This document shows, piece by piece, positions 1 through 8,930 of a stretch of DNA of 64,000 nucleotides. The notes under the pieces were generated by a model. It saw only the letters and a program-made list of their open reading frames with translations. It had not been told where the DNA came from and did not search any database. The DNA comes from Verrucomicrobiota bacterium (GTDB taxonomy: Bacteria > Verrucomicrobiota > Lentisphaeria > Lentisphaerales > Lentisphaeraceae): NCBI GenBank assembly GCA_039798785.1, contig JBDKFG010000021.1, positions 10,423-74,422 of the forward strand. The letters are read 5' to 3'. Each line of letters starts with the position of its first letter. Within the stretch, counting starts at the first letter, position 1. The position numbers were made by a program, and so were the translations under genes.

Positions 1-886
1 CCAAGACAGCCTTCCTCGCCGGCTCGTCCAGCTCCTTGCCGGACTCGACCAGTTCTTCGACCGGGCGGGAGACGAGGCCGCGGCGTCCATCTTCGGCAAC
101 CCCCAGGGCCGAAATGCCCGAGGCTGCCTGGAATCGCGCCAGGAAATCGGCCGCAGGCCGGGGATTGGCGGCGTCGAAGCAGGCGGCATCGAGGCAGGCG
201 GCGATCTGGCGCGAAGGCGCCTCCTCGCGGGAACGCTGCGCCAGGAGCTGGCGGACCAGCGTGCCGACTCCGGCGGCATCGGACGTCTCGAGGACGCGGG
301 CGAGCTTGAGCTGCGCAGGGCGGTCCCAGCACGTGTAGCTGAGCAGGGCGTCGGCAAGCTCGGCGTGGACGCGATAGGCCCAGTACGAGGCGGGATCGAT
401 CCTCTGCTCAAGAATCGGCGAAGCGTCGCGCAGGAAGCCGCTGCGCAGGGCGAGAGAGGAGAAGGCGAAGGCCTGGCGGCGAGATCCGTAATTCACCAAT
501 GGAAAGCGGAGGCGATGAGCCAGAGCAGCCTCGAGCCAGGCCGGCGGCTCCTCCAGGCTGCGGCGGGCGAGAAGTTCGCCGAAAATCGGCTGAAGAAATT
601 GATATTCATTGAAATTGGCCAGCTGGGCGGTGTTCCAGACCAGGCGGCCGGCACTGCGAGTGCTCGGAGCGAGACGGTCGAGATGCAGGGTCAGGGCCGC
701 CGCGTCCGCCGGCAGAGGACCGAGAAGAAGGCTCACCTCCCCTTCGCAGGCTTGAGCGATGCGGATCAGCTCCCGGGCGTCGGCGCCGTCTTCCGGCGCG
801 ACCACATTGATCCGCAAATCCTTCAAGTTGCGGCGGAAGCCAATCTCGGTCTCGGCAGGTGGCGGCGGCAATGGCAGTTCAGTCAT
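1..886 (-). CDS. Hypothetical protein (partial; runs off the window start)
   Basis: ATG at 886 preceded by CAGGAG; frame reads MTELPLPPPPAETEIGFRRNLKDLRINVVAPEDG... with host-like codon usage; absent from the ORF track, presumably because its stop lies outside the window (full frame not checked codon by codon). Confidence 0.65.
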   Translation of the reverse strand, partial: MTELPLPPPPAETEIGFRRNLKDLRINVVAPEDGADARELIRIAQACEGEVSLLLGPLPADAAALTLHLDRLAPSTRSAGRLVWNTAQLANFNEYQFLQPIFGELLARRSLEEPPAWLEAALAHRLRFPLVNYGSRRQAFAFSSLALRSGFLRDASPILEQRIDPASYWAYRVHAELADALLSYTCWDRPAQLKLARVLETSDAAGVGTLVRQLLAQRSREEAPSRQIAACLDAACFDAANPRPAADFLARFQAASGISALGVAEDGRRGLVSRPVEELVESGKELDEPARKAVL

Positions 887-1021
887 CGTCTGATCTCCTG
901 GAGGGCTAAAATAACCCGGCTGCGCGGATTTCCGCCCGATGCTCTTGCGCCGGGGAGCGAAAGGTGTGATTATAGGTTAAGAACGCGTTTAGACGCCGCG
1001 TCGCAGCCAGAGGGAACCGCC

Positions 1022-3337
1022 ATGACTTCTTTAAGACTCAGCCTCATCGCCCTCGTCCTGGCGTCCTGCGGCAGCCAGCCGATCGCAAACCAGGCTCAGA
1101 CGGCTGCCCCGGCGGCAGCCAAGCCCACCCCCTCCCCCTCCCCCGCCGCCGCGCCGCTGGCCCCGGCCAGCGCCGCCGCCCGCCTCGAAGCGACCTGCCG
1201 CCGCCTCGCGCCGATCTACCGCGCCGCGACTGTCGCCCTCGTTTCACCCGAGAGCCCGGGTTCAGGAAGCGGCGTCATCGTCACGCCCGACGGCATCGTC
1301 CTCACCGCCGCCCATTGCATCGAAGGCTTCGGCTCGAAGAACGTCCTTCTCCTCTCAGACGGCCGCAAGGTGCGAACCACCGCCCTCGGCAAGGATCGCG
1401 GCCGCGATTCCGGCATGGTCAAGATCATCGACCCGGCACCGCCCGGCGGCTGGCCCTATGTCCCCCTTGCTCCGACACCGCCGCAAGGCTCCTGGGTGCT
1501 CGCCATGGGCCATCCCGGCGGCGTCGTCCTCGGGCGTCCCGCCCCACTCCGCCTCGGCCGGATCCACTCCAGCCCGGAAGACGACTTCATCAGCACCGAC
1601 TGCACCGTCGTCTCGGGCGACTCCGGCGGCCCGCTCTTCGATCTGGATGGCCATGTCGTCGGCATCAACTCCAACATCACCGTACACATCGACGCCAACC
1701 GCCACATCCCCGGAAGCCTTTTCATCAAGCAATGGCAGGAACTGCAGCAGGAGCCGAGTCCCGATGAGCTGCCGCCGCCCCTCGTCCTCTCGCCCGGGGA
1801 GGACTGGAACCAGCTCTGTTCGAGGGTCGAGGCGGCCCTGAAGCTGCTGTCCCAGGGCGGGCCGGTCGACTCCGGCCATTGCGATCAGCTGATGTCGCGG
1901 TCGCGCTACGACGCCCGCAGCAAACGCACCACCCTCGCTCCCGAAGCCAAGCGCGTCCTCGAACTCGCCGCCAATTGCCAGCGCCAAGGCGGGCGCCTCA
2001 GCCGCGACCTGCTGGTGCGAGGCCTGAGCGTCCTCATCCGCAAGCAGGATCCCGCCGCCGAGGCGATGATGAAGTCCCTCGAAAAAGGCGAGGCAGTCCG
2101 CTTCAACGGCAGTCGCCAGGCGCTGGCGGTGATCGAGGCCGCCGCCGGCATCCCTGCCTGGCACGAGAAAATAGGCATACCTCCCTACATGAAATCCCTG
2201 CTGACCGCCGAGCTGCAGAGAAACAGCCTCAACGGCCTCGGACGCGAACTCAGCCCGAAACAACTTGACAAGCTGCTCAAGTCCTGCCCCTACGACAGCA
2301 GCCGTGGATCCCTCGGCTTCAACCTCGAGAAGATCATGGGTCTAGGCTTCAAGCCCCAAGAAGCGGCTGCACTGCTCGGCGACAATCTCACCCTGAAGAT
2401 CTCCGACGACCTGCGCGACAACGGCGCCGCCTCCCTCAAGCTCCTCGGCGATCAACCCGGCCGCGCCGCCAAGTCCACCCTGGTTCTCAAACGAGGCGTC
2501 AAACAGATCGCGCTCGCCACCGCCATCTCCGCCGAACGAGCCGTCACCAAAGCCTCCCTGCTCGGCGGCGGCACCGGCCTGATGGCGACCCTGCCCGACG
2601 GCTCCGCCAAGGAAATCCAGGTGATCGGACGCGACGAGGTCGGCGACCTCGCGCTGATCTCGATCAAGGACGCCCAATTGCAGCCGGTGGCATGGGCTTC
2701 GACCACCCCCTCCCTCGGCAGCTGGATCTACTCCCCTCTGGCTCCCGGCAGCCGCCCGGCTCTCGGCATCGTCAGCGTCGAGGCCCGCCCCATCCCCAAG
2801 GCCCTCCCCTTGGTGATGAACGTCGCCCAGCGCGCCGTCATCGGCGTCCGCTCGGAACGCAATGTCATCACGGAAGTGAATCCGGATTCCGCCGCGGCTG
2901 TCGCCGGCTTGAAAGTGGGAGACCGGATTATCGCCGTCGACGGCAAGAAAATCGTCAGCGACCAGCTTTTCGGCATGTCGCTCGCCGAATTGCCGGTCGG
3001 CACCGAAATCACTCTCTCTGTCAAACGCGGCGAAGAAAAGCTCGATTTGAAGATGAAGATGCGCCCAGCTCCCGAACTTCCCTTCGGCGACGCCATCGGC
3101 GGCACCGATGAGTTGTCGAAATTCGGCGGTGAGCTGAGCCAGCGACGCAGTGGCTTTCCCAAGGCCATCCAACATGACGGACTGGTCTGGGCCAGCTCTT
3201 GCGGCGGCCCCCTCGTCGGCCTCGACGGCCGCTGCTTCGGCATCAACATCGGCCGCGCCGACCGGATCTGCACCTTCGCCCTGCCGGAAAACGAAGTCCA
3301 AGCAGCGATCGGCCGCATCGAAAAAGCCAAGAAATGA
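1022..3337 (+). CDS. HtrA/DegP-like S1C serine protease, lipoprotein, two trypsin-like domains plus PDZ
   Basis: Start re-assigned to ATG 1022 (MTSLRLSLIALVLASC lipobox); LTAAH, RDSG and GDSGGP triad motifs; PDZ (SAAAVAGLKVGDRIIAVDG); second degenerate protease domain. Confidence 0.85.
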   Translation: MTSLRLSLIALVLASCGSQPIANQAQTAAPAAAKPTPSPSPAAAPLAPASAAARLEATCRRLAPIYRAATVALVSPESPGSGSGVIVTPDGIVLTAAHCIEGFGSKNVLLLSDGRKVRTTALGKDRGRDSGMVKIIDPAPPGGWPYVPLAPTPPQGSWVLAMGHPGGVVLGRPAPLRLGRIHSSPEDDFISTDCTVVSGDSGGPLFDLDGHVVGINSNITVHIDANRHIPGSLFIKQWQELQQEPSPDELPPPLVLSPGEDWNQLCSRVEAALKLLSQGGPVDSGHCDQLMSRSRYDARSKRTTLAPEAKRVLELAANCQRQGGRLSRDLLVRGLSVLIRKQDPAAEAMMKSLEKGEAVRFNGSRQALAVIEAAAGIPAWHEKIGIPPYMKSLLTAELQRNSLNGLGRELSPKQLDKLLKSCPYDSSRGSLGFNLEKIMGLGFKPQEAAALLGDNLTLKISDDLRDNGAASLKLLGDQPGRAAKSTLVLKRGVKQIALATAISAERAVTKASLLGGGTGLMATLPDGSAKEIQVIGRDEVGDLALISIKDAQLQPVAWASTTPSLGSWIYSPLAPGSRPALGIVSVEARPIPKALPLVMNVAQRAVIGVRSERNVITEVNPDSAAAVAGLKVGDRIIAVDGKKIVSDQLFGMSLAELPVGTEITLSVKRGEEKLDLKMKMRPAPELPFGDAIGGTDELSKFGGELSQRRSGFPKAIQHDGLVWASSCGGPLVGLDGRCFGINIGRADRICTFALPENEVQAAIGRIEKAKK

Positions 3338-3340
3338 ACC

Positions 3341-3458
3341 GGTTGATAGCTCGAAAGGTTGAAAGGCAAGTAGCCTAGCAGCCTAGACTCAGTGGAGCCA
3401 AGACGCAGTGACTCAGGTTCAAACCTTTCAACCTTATCAACCTTTCAATCTTTCAACC
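3341..3458. repeat. Inverted octamer arrays (GGTTGAAA)n ... (TTTCAACC)n, no cargo gene
   Basis: GGTTGATA GCTCGAAA GGTTGAAA GG at 3341-3366; CC TTTCAACC TTATCAACC TTTCAATC TTTCAACC at 3424-3458, abutting the rluA ATG. Confidence 0.8.
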
Positions 3459-4196
3459 ATGAGCTCTTCTAATATCCCCTTCGGTCCCGGCGTCCGTTTC
3501 GTCGCGGAACACGCCAGCGGCCTCGTCGTCCTCGACAAGCCCGAGGGCCTCGCCTCGCACCCCAATGGCCCGGGTCCGGAGAAGGACACCCTGCTGAAAG
3601 CCGCCTACGACCACCAGCGGGAATGCTACCGCTGGCCCCGGGTCGAAGGCGGGATGGAACGCCTCTTCCTCCTCAACCGCCTCGATTCGCCGACCTCCGG
3701 CCTCATCCTCCTCTGCCGCGGCCAGGCCGAGGCGGAGCGCTTCAAGGAGATGTTCAAGGAGCGCCGCATCCACAAGACCTACGTCGCCGCGGTGACCTCG
3801 CACCAGCCGCGCTGCGGCCTCTGGGAGGACGAGTTGGAGAAGTCGCGTGGCGAGGCTCATGTCCGGGCCCGCGCCGTCCGCGGCGGCGCCCGGGCGGTCT
3901 GCCAGGCCAGCCTGATCACGGCCGATCCGGCCCGCCGCCTCGCCGCCCTCCTCCTCGAGCCGGAAACCGGCCTCACCCACCAATTGCGGGTCCAGTGCGC
4001 CCTGCGCCAGCACCCGATCGTCGGCGACCGCACCTACGGCGACTTCGCCGTCAACAAGGCCCTCGGCCCCCTCGCGTCCCGCCTCTACCTGCACGCCGCG
4101 CGAATCGAAATCCCCCTCGGCCGCGGCGAGACCTTCAGCGCCCAATCGCCCCTTCCCGCCGCCTTCACCCAGCTCCTTCCCAAGTGCCGGATCTGA
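3459..4196 (+). CDS. RluA-family RNA pseudouridine synthase
   Basis: DKPEGLASHP, NRLDSPTSG (catalytic Asp), TGLTHQLRV, PIVGDRTYG, LYLHA motifs; ATG 3459. Confidence 0.9.
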   Translation: MSSSNIPFGPGVRFVAEHASGLVVLDKPEGLASHPNGPGPEKDTLLKAAYDHQRECYRWPRVEGGMERLFLLNRLDSPTSGLILLCRGQAEAERFKEMFKERRIHKTYVAAVTSHQPRCGLWEDELEKSRGEAHVRARAVRGGARAVCQASLITADPARRLAALLLEPETGLTHQLRVQCALRQHPIVGDRTYGDFAVNKALGPLASRLYLHAARIEIPLGRGETFSAQSPLPAAFTQLLPKCRI

Positions 4197-4359
4197 GCTC
4201 TGCCGCTCCCTTACTGGATCGGCGGCGTCCCGCCGGCTGTTGTTCGATGTGGCTCGATCATTCTTCCACCGCCCCCCCATCGTGCTGCAGCTGATGCCCA
4301 CGCAAGGACATCGAGTTCCACCGCTCAGTGTTCTTGATTTTGTATTTCGTGCTCTTCTT

Positions 4360-4497
4360 GCCCCGGAGGGGCAGCCGGCAGATAGCCCAGGGTGTAGTCC
4401 GAGGAACGAGGACAAACCCTGGGGCAGTCCCCGTCATTTTCTAGCCCCGGAGGGGCGCCCAGAATGCCTCTCGAGGAGAATCGGACGCCCTCCGGGG
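4360..4497. repeat. REP/BIME-like palindromic cluster (GCCCCGGAGGGGC type)
   Basis: GCCCCGGAGGGGC at 4360 and 4444, inverted CGCCCTCCGGGG at 4486, hairpin CCCAGGGT...ACCCTGGG between them. Confidence 0.7.
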
Positions 4498-4530
4498 TCT
4501 CCAAAACATTTTTCTCCTACCCATCATCGC

Positions 4531-4809
4531 TCATCGGATAAACTCAGCAAGTTTCTGCGGCATCTGATCCAGAAAACGACCCAAAGGCAAGAATCCAGAA
4601 ATTTGACCATTTTTGACGAGAACCAACTCCCCCCATCCATTCGCAACTCCTGCGAGTTGAGGGGCGATCGCTCTTATGAGTTCTTCTTGTTCATCCCAGT
4701 CCCAAATGGTCAAGGCACTCGGGTCCAGGTTATGTTGGCGCCAATAAATCTTGATGGCATTCAAAGCTTGCATACTTGGCCCGCTCCACTGAGCATGTAG
4801 AAAGAGCAC
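4531..4809 (-). CDS. Small thioredoxin-fold-like protein with WSGPS in place of WCGPC (possibly 5'-truncated)
   Basis: FLHAQWSGPS and GWGELVLVKNGQI resemble thioredoxin motifs; lower GC than flanks; GTG start; an upstream ATG with a G-rich RBS is in another frame. Confidence 0.45.
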   Translation of the reverse strand: MLFLHAQWSGPSMQALNAIKIYWRQHNLDPSALTIWDWDEQEELIRAIAPQLAGVANGWGELVLVKNGQISGFLPLGRFLDQMPQKLAEFIR

Positions 4810-4909
4810 TCCATTTGGCAGTTACATAACGTTTCATCCCCCGTTGTTGTATTCCTCAAGTCCAGCAACAGCCGGCGGGACGCCGGCGATCCAGTTGGGG
4901 AGCGCCAGT

Positions 4910-6712
4910 TCACATCGCCCCGGCGTGGCGGCGGTGGATGTCGAGGTAGATCGAAGCGTAGAGTTTCTTCGCCGCGGCCTCCGAGGGAAAGCCTTTCGAG
5001 AAATTCTTGCTGACCGGATCCAAGACCAGTTTTGCGGCGTCGGCAAGATGGCGCAGGAGGAGGCGGGGATCGTCGTCGCCGACCGCCACCCGCACCGTGC
5101 TGCGGCTGATCCCGGCGCGGGAAAGCGCTTCTTCGCTGAGTTCGGAATGGGAGGTCAAGGCGGGGCAGAGGACGACGGTGTTGACCTGGCCGAGCGACAC
5201 CTGCAGGCCGAAGGCCGGTTCGAGCAGGTCGAAGAAACGCTTGAAGGCCTCCACCGGCATCCCTTGCGCCAGGGCCGGGCCGAGATCGAAGGTGAAAAGC
5301 GGCGCCGGCATGCCCAGATGGAGGAGGCGCTTGGCCAGCTCGAAATTGGGGTCTTCGGGCAAGGCCGGACAGTGGACCTTGAGGAGCGGATGGCTCGCCA
5401 GGGCGCGAGCGAGGAAGGAGGTGTTCACCGCCTTGCGGATCAGGCGCAGCTCCAAGGTGCGCATGCCGGTGAGCACTTCGAAGGCGGTGTCGGCGTCGAG
5501 GAAGGCGCCCTTGATGTAGTAGACGTTCCAGAACAGCGACTCGTTCCAGCGGCGGGTGACCGGGCGGCCGAGGGCGTCGCTTCCCGGGATTTCGGCGCCT
5601 TTGGGCAGGAACATCCGTTCGTTGCGGGCGATCACGGTGCCGGCGGTGGCGTTGCCGGTGCCGCAGATGTCCTTGGTCAGCGAGTGGACGACGAAGTCCG
5701 GCCGCGCCGCTTCGTCATCGCAGCGCAGCACCGGGAAAAGGAAGGGGGTGCCGACGGTGGCGTCGCAGATCACTTCGGCGCCGAATTGGTGCGCCAGGCG
5801 CGAAATCGCCGGGACGTCGAGGACGTAGCCGTGCGGGTTGCAGGGCGACTCGAGGAAGACGTAGAGGCGGCGTCCCTGCTTGAAGGCGGCGGCGTGTTTC
5901 TTCCGGACCGCTTTGAGCGCCTGGGCGAAGGCCACGGCGTCGTGGCCGTCGAAGAATTCCAGTTGGATGCCGAGGTTGGCGGGGCGGGCGTACCAGTCGT
6001 GCAGGAGCTGCCAGGTGCCGCCGTAGACATTGCGGGAGCAGAGGACGAGGTCGCCCTGGCCGAAGAGGTGCGAGAAGACCGCGTCGAGCGCCGCCATGCC
6101 GGAGTTGAAGTTGAGAGCGAAATACTGGTCGGCGAGGGCGCCGGCCTCGACATCGACGAGCTGGTTGGCGAGGGCGATCGAAGTCGGGTTCATCAGGCGC
6201 GAATAGATCTCGTGCAAGAGCTCCTTGCCCTGGAAGGCGTCTTCGACCCATTCGGTGCAGGCGTAGAGGTAGGTGGCGGTGCGGCAGATCACCGGCTGCG
6301 ACGAGAAGATGGCGGCGACGTTGTCGAAGACCGGCCAGGGGCCTTTGGGGAGGCGTTGGCCGGGCTCGGTGATCAGCGACTGGTAGGAGGCGCGCAAGGG
6401 GTTTTGCAGGTTGTCGAGGATCTTCGCCATCTGGAAGCAGAGGAAGCGTTTGGCGTTGAACCAGGCGACCTTGTCGCTGCGGCTCATCTTCGGCAGGAGG
6501 GCGGCGGAAGCGGCCCACAACTCCTTCAGGTCGGCATTGGCTTCGTAGAGACGGCTGGCAAGGGGCTTGAGGAGGCGGTGCTGCTCGCTGTCCGGATCGA
6601 TGCCGAAGTGGGCGAGCTGCTCCTCGGCGAGAGCAGCGGCGCTCAGGACCTGTGTGCTTTTGCGGCGGGGCGACAGCTGGCGGCGGGCTTCTTCACGCTG
6701 TTGACGCGACAT
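4910..6712 (-). CDS. PLP-dependent Cys/Met transsulfuration-family enzyme (MetB/MetC/MetZ-like) with N-terminal extension
   Basis: YSRLMNPT, FNSGMAA, VYGGT, ESPCNP, DATVGTP, HSLTK (PLP Lys), SLGQVNTVVLCPALTSHS. Confidence 0.85.
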   Translation of the reverse strand: MSRQQREEARRQLSPRRKSTQVLSAAALAEEQLAHFGIDPDSEQHRLLKPLASRLYEANADLKELWAASAALLPKMSRSDKVAWFNAKRFLCFQMAKILDNLQNPLRASYQSLITEPGQRLPKGPWPVFDNVAAIFSSQPVICRTATYLYACTEWVEDAFQGKELLHEIYSRLMNPTSIALANQLVDVEAGALADQYFALNFNSGMAALDAVFSHLFGQGDLVLCSRNVYGGTWQLLHDWYARPANLGIQLEFFDGHDAVAFAQALKAVRKKHAAAFKQGRRLYVFLESPCNPHGYVLDVPAISRLAHQFGAEVICDATVGTPFLFPVLRCDDEAARPDFVVHSLTKDICGTGNATAGTVIARNERMFLPKGAEIPGSDALGRPVTRRWNESLFWNVYYIKGAFLDADTAFEVLTGMRTLELRLIRKAVNTSFLARALASHPLLKVHCPALPEDPNFELAKRLLHLGMPAPLFTFDLGPALAQGMPVEAFKRFFDLLEPAFGLQVSLGQVNTVVLCPALTSHSELSEEALSRAGISRSTVRVAVGDDDPRLLLRHLADAAKLVLDPVSKNFSKGFPSEAAAKKLYASIYLDIHRRHAGAM

Positions 6713-6790
6713 GGATCACCTCCCTGGGGCTCTGCTCCAGTATACGCCTGAAGGCCCTGCGATGTCCAGTCCCTCGCCTCGTCCATCATC

Positions 6791-7528
6791 TCACTCGCTA
6801 GTGGCGAGCGGCTCCGACGCAGGAATGGAGCTGGGAGAGAACTCCAGCATCGAATGATCACCGATCTCCATTGGACGTCCGCCGAACTTCTGGCGTGACG
6901 GCGAGGACGGGAGAAGAGCGAAGTCGAAAAGGCGCAGCTCCTGGGCCCGTTCGAAGTCGTCGACGATGCCGCCGGCCACCATGACGAGACGTCCGTCACG
7001 ATTGCCCGGCGAGAAGCAGGCCGACTCGCTGCAATTGTCGACGTCTTGAGGCAGACCGATGAAGCTGAGCAGGAGATCGTAGCGCTCCCCCTTGACCGCC
7101 CGGTCGAAGTGGCCACAGGTGACCGCCTGGGCCGAGCTTTCGAGGGCCTCCTTGCTGATCAGCTCCCAGCCCGGAGGCAGCTTCTCGCGAATCCTCTCGA
7201 TCAGGAGATGGATTTCATCGCTGAGCCCGGCTTCGGGCTTGGGAGCCTCGGGCCGGAGCACCAGGACGCGGCGTCCGGCGATCTTCCGCTGCTCCGCCAG
7301 CTTTGGCAAGGCGGCGGCGAGATGATCCCCCTTCGCCTCGAGATAGGCCAGATCGGTGCCGCTGGCCGCCCGGGCGTCGGCCCCGACGACGATGCGGCTG
7401 ATTGCCAGGACCAGGGTGATCAGGGCGGAGACAGGAGAAAGGAGATGGCACAGCCCCCTGGGGTTGCGCTTGCCCGCAAAAAAGAGGCCGGCGGTGGCGA
7501 TGCAGAAGACTAGGAGGAGGAGATTCAT
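6791..7528 (-). CDS. Hypothetical membrane-anchored protein
   Basis: Two N-terminal hydrophobic segments; 9 bp downstream of the pilin-like gene, likely co-transcribed. Confidence 0.65.
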   Translation of the reverse strand: MNLLLLVFCIATAGLFFAGKRNPRGLCHLLSPVSALITLVLAISRIVVGADARAASGTDLAYLEAKGDHLAAALPKLAEQRKIAGRRVLVLRPEAPKPEAGLSDEIHLLIERIREKLPPGWELISKEALESSAQAVTCGHFDRAVKGERYDLLLSFIGLPQDVDNCSESACFSPGNRDGRLVMVAGGIVDDFERAQELRLFDFALLPSSPSRQKFGGRPMEIGDHSMLEFSPSSIPASEPLATSE

Positions 7529-7537
7529 GGGGCCGCC

Positions 7538-8218
7538 TCAGTTGTTTTGCAGATCGAATTCTTTAGCGGCGGTAGACCCCCAGTCGAGATACTGCTTGAG
7601 CTTAAGCGATCCGTCGACAGTGACCAGGATGAAGTTGTTCTCGTCCTTGACCGCCCAGTGGCCGGAAATCGCGGTCGAGGTGCGGTTCTGCGCCTTGGGA
7701 TAGATGCCGATCTCACCCACCAGCATCATCATCGAGGGATTCTTCACCTTGTGGATCGAATTGGTCGGGGCGGAGTTGTACGCAACGCCCCAGTCGCGAG
7801 AGGCGAAGACGCCGCGGATGTAGCCGATGTTGGTGTAGTAGGAGGTGCCGACGGCGTTCCTCCACCTCTTGTCGCTCGGGCAGTTGACCACCTCGAGCTT
7901 GGAATCCGCCTTCAGATCCGGATCGATGTAGTAATTGAGCTTGCGCTGCAGGATGCCGAGGTTGCCGCCGCTGCGGCCGAAGTTGTCTCCTTCCCAGTAG
8001 TAGCCCGAAGTGTCGACCGACACAGGATTCCCTTTATTGTTCTTCGCAAACATGTTATGAAAAATCGCCAACTGCTTGAGATTGCTGCCGCAGGTGACCA
8101 GCTGGGCCTTGCGCTTGACCTGGGAGAAAGCAGGCATGAGCAGCGAGGCGAGCACCAGGATGATCAGGACCACCATCAGCAACTCCAGGAGAGTGAAGTT
8201 TCTTTTGCGGCTTTGCAT
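7538..8218 (-). CDS. Prepilin-type N-terminal cleavage/methylation domain protein (PVC pseudopilin-like)
   Basis: RKRNFTLLELLMVVLIILVLASLLMPA, CGSNLKQL, CPSD, C-terminal H...N...DGS. Confidence 0.85.
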   Translation of the reverse strand: MQSRKRNFTLLELLMVVLIILVLASLLMPAFSQVKRKAQLVTCGSNLKQLAIFHNMFAKNNKGNPVSVDTSGYYWEGDNFGRSGGNLGILQRKLNYYIDPDLKADSKLEVVNCPSDKRWRNAVGTSYYTNIGYIRGVFASRDWGVAYNSAPTNSIHKVKNPSMMMLVGEIGIYPKAQNRTSTAISGHWAVKDENNFILVTVDGSLKLKQYLDWGSTAAKEFDLQNN

Positions 8219-8336
8219 GGAGAGACTCCGTTTGAAGGCTTAGTTTTGCGAGGATCGTTTCTACCCGCCTTAATGAGCGCCCAGGCCCGGACTTGACAGG
8301 AAACAGAGTTTTTTTCGAAAAAATCTCGAGGTCAGC

Positions 8337-8930
8337 ATGAATTCCCGCAGCGACGACACCCGCCACAGCCTGCTCCTCCGCCTCGGGGAGAGCCGGAACG
8401 AACTGGCCTGGGAGCTCTTCTACGACTACTACCAGGGCTTCATCAGCAGCCTGCTCCGCCGCCGACGCCTGCCCTCCGCCGACGTCGCCGACCTCCGCCA
8501 GGAAGTCTGCCTGCTGTGCTGGAAAGCCCTTCAGTCGGGCCGCTACGATCGCAGCAAGGGGCGTTTCCGCAATTGGCTGGCGGCGGTCTGCTGCAACGCC
8601 GTCAACGCCCACCTGCGCAAGTTCCAGCGGCAGCTGCGCGACCGCGACGCGCTGGCCGCCGAAGAGGAGGGCGCGCAGCTCGAAGGGGGCCATTCTCCCG
8701 CTTGGGTCGAAGAGGAATGGCAGATCCATCTGATGCGCCTCGCCTGGGACGAAGCCAAGCTGCATTACAGCGAAAGCGTCCTGCGGATCTACAAGCGGCT
8801 GTTGGCCGGAGAGGATGCCAAGCTCGTCGCCAGCCAGGAAGGCGTGGCGGAAAACACCGTCTATGTCTACCGCAATCGCGTCGAAGACAGCCTCGCAGCC
8901 TATGTCCGCCAGCTCGACGCCTACTTGTAA
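8337..8930 (+). CDS. ECF sigma-70 factor (PVC type)
   Basis: TRHSLLLRL...AWELF, DLRQEV, YDRSKGRFRNWL, region 4 HTH (VAENTVYVYRNRV). Confidence 0.9.
   Translation: MNSRSDDTRHSLLLRLGESRNELAWELFYDYYQGFISSLLRRRRLPSADVADLRQEVCLLCWKALQSGRYDRSKGRFRNWLAAVCCNAVNAHLRKFQRQLRDRDALAAEEEGAQLEGGHSPAWVEEEWQIHLMRLAWDEAKLHYSESVLRIYKRLLAGEDAKLVASQEGVAENTVYVYRNRVEDSLAAYVRQLDAYL

Larger units (their letters stand above)
4205..4903. repeat. Pair of ~38-bp inverted REP-like repeats enclosing a low-GC ORF and a second REP type
   Basis: GCTCCCTTACTGGATCGGCGGCGTCCCGCCGGCTGTTG (4205-4242) vs reverse complement of 4866-4903, 35/38 identical. Confidence 0.8.

Noticed and set aside
365..1021. N-terminal 219 aa of the 990-aa ORF
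   Set aside because: Antisense shadow of the minus-strand gene starting at 886; the real protease starts at ATG 1022 with a lipoprotein signal
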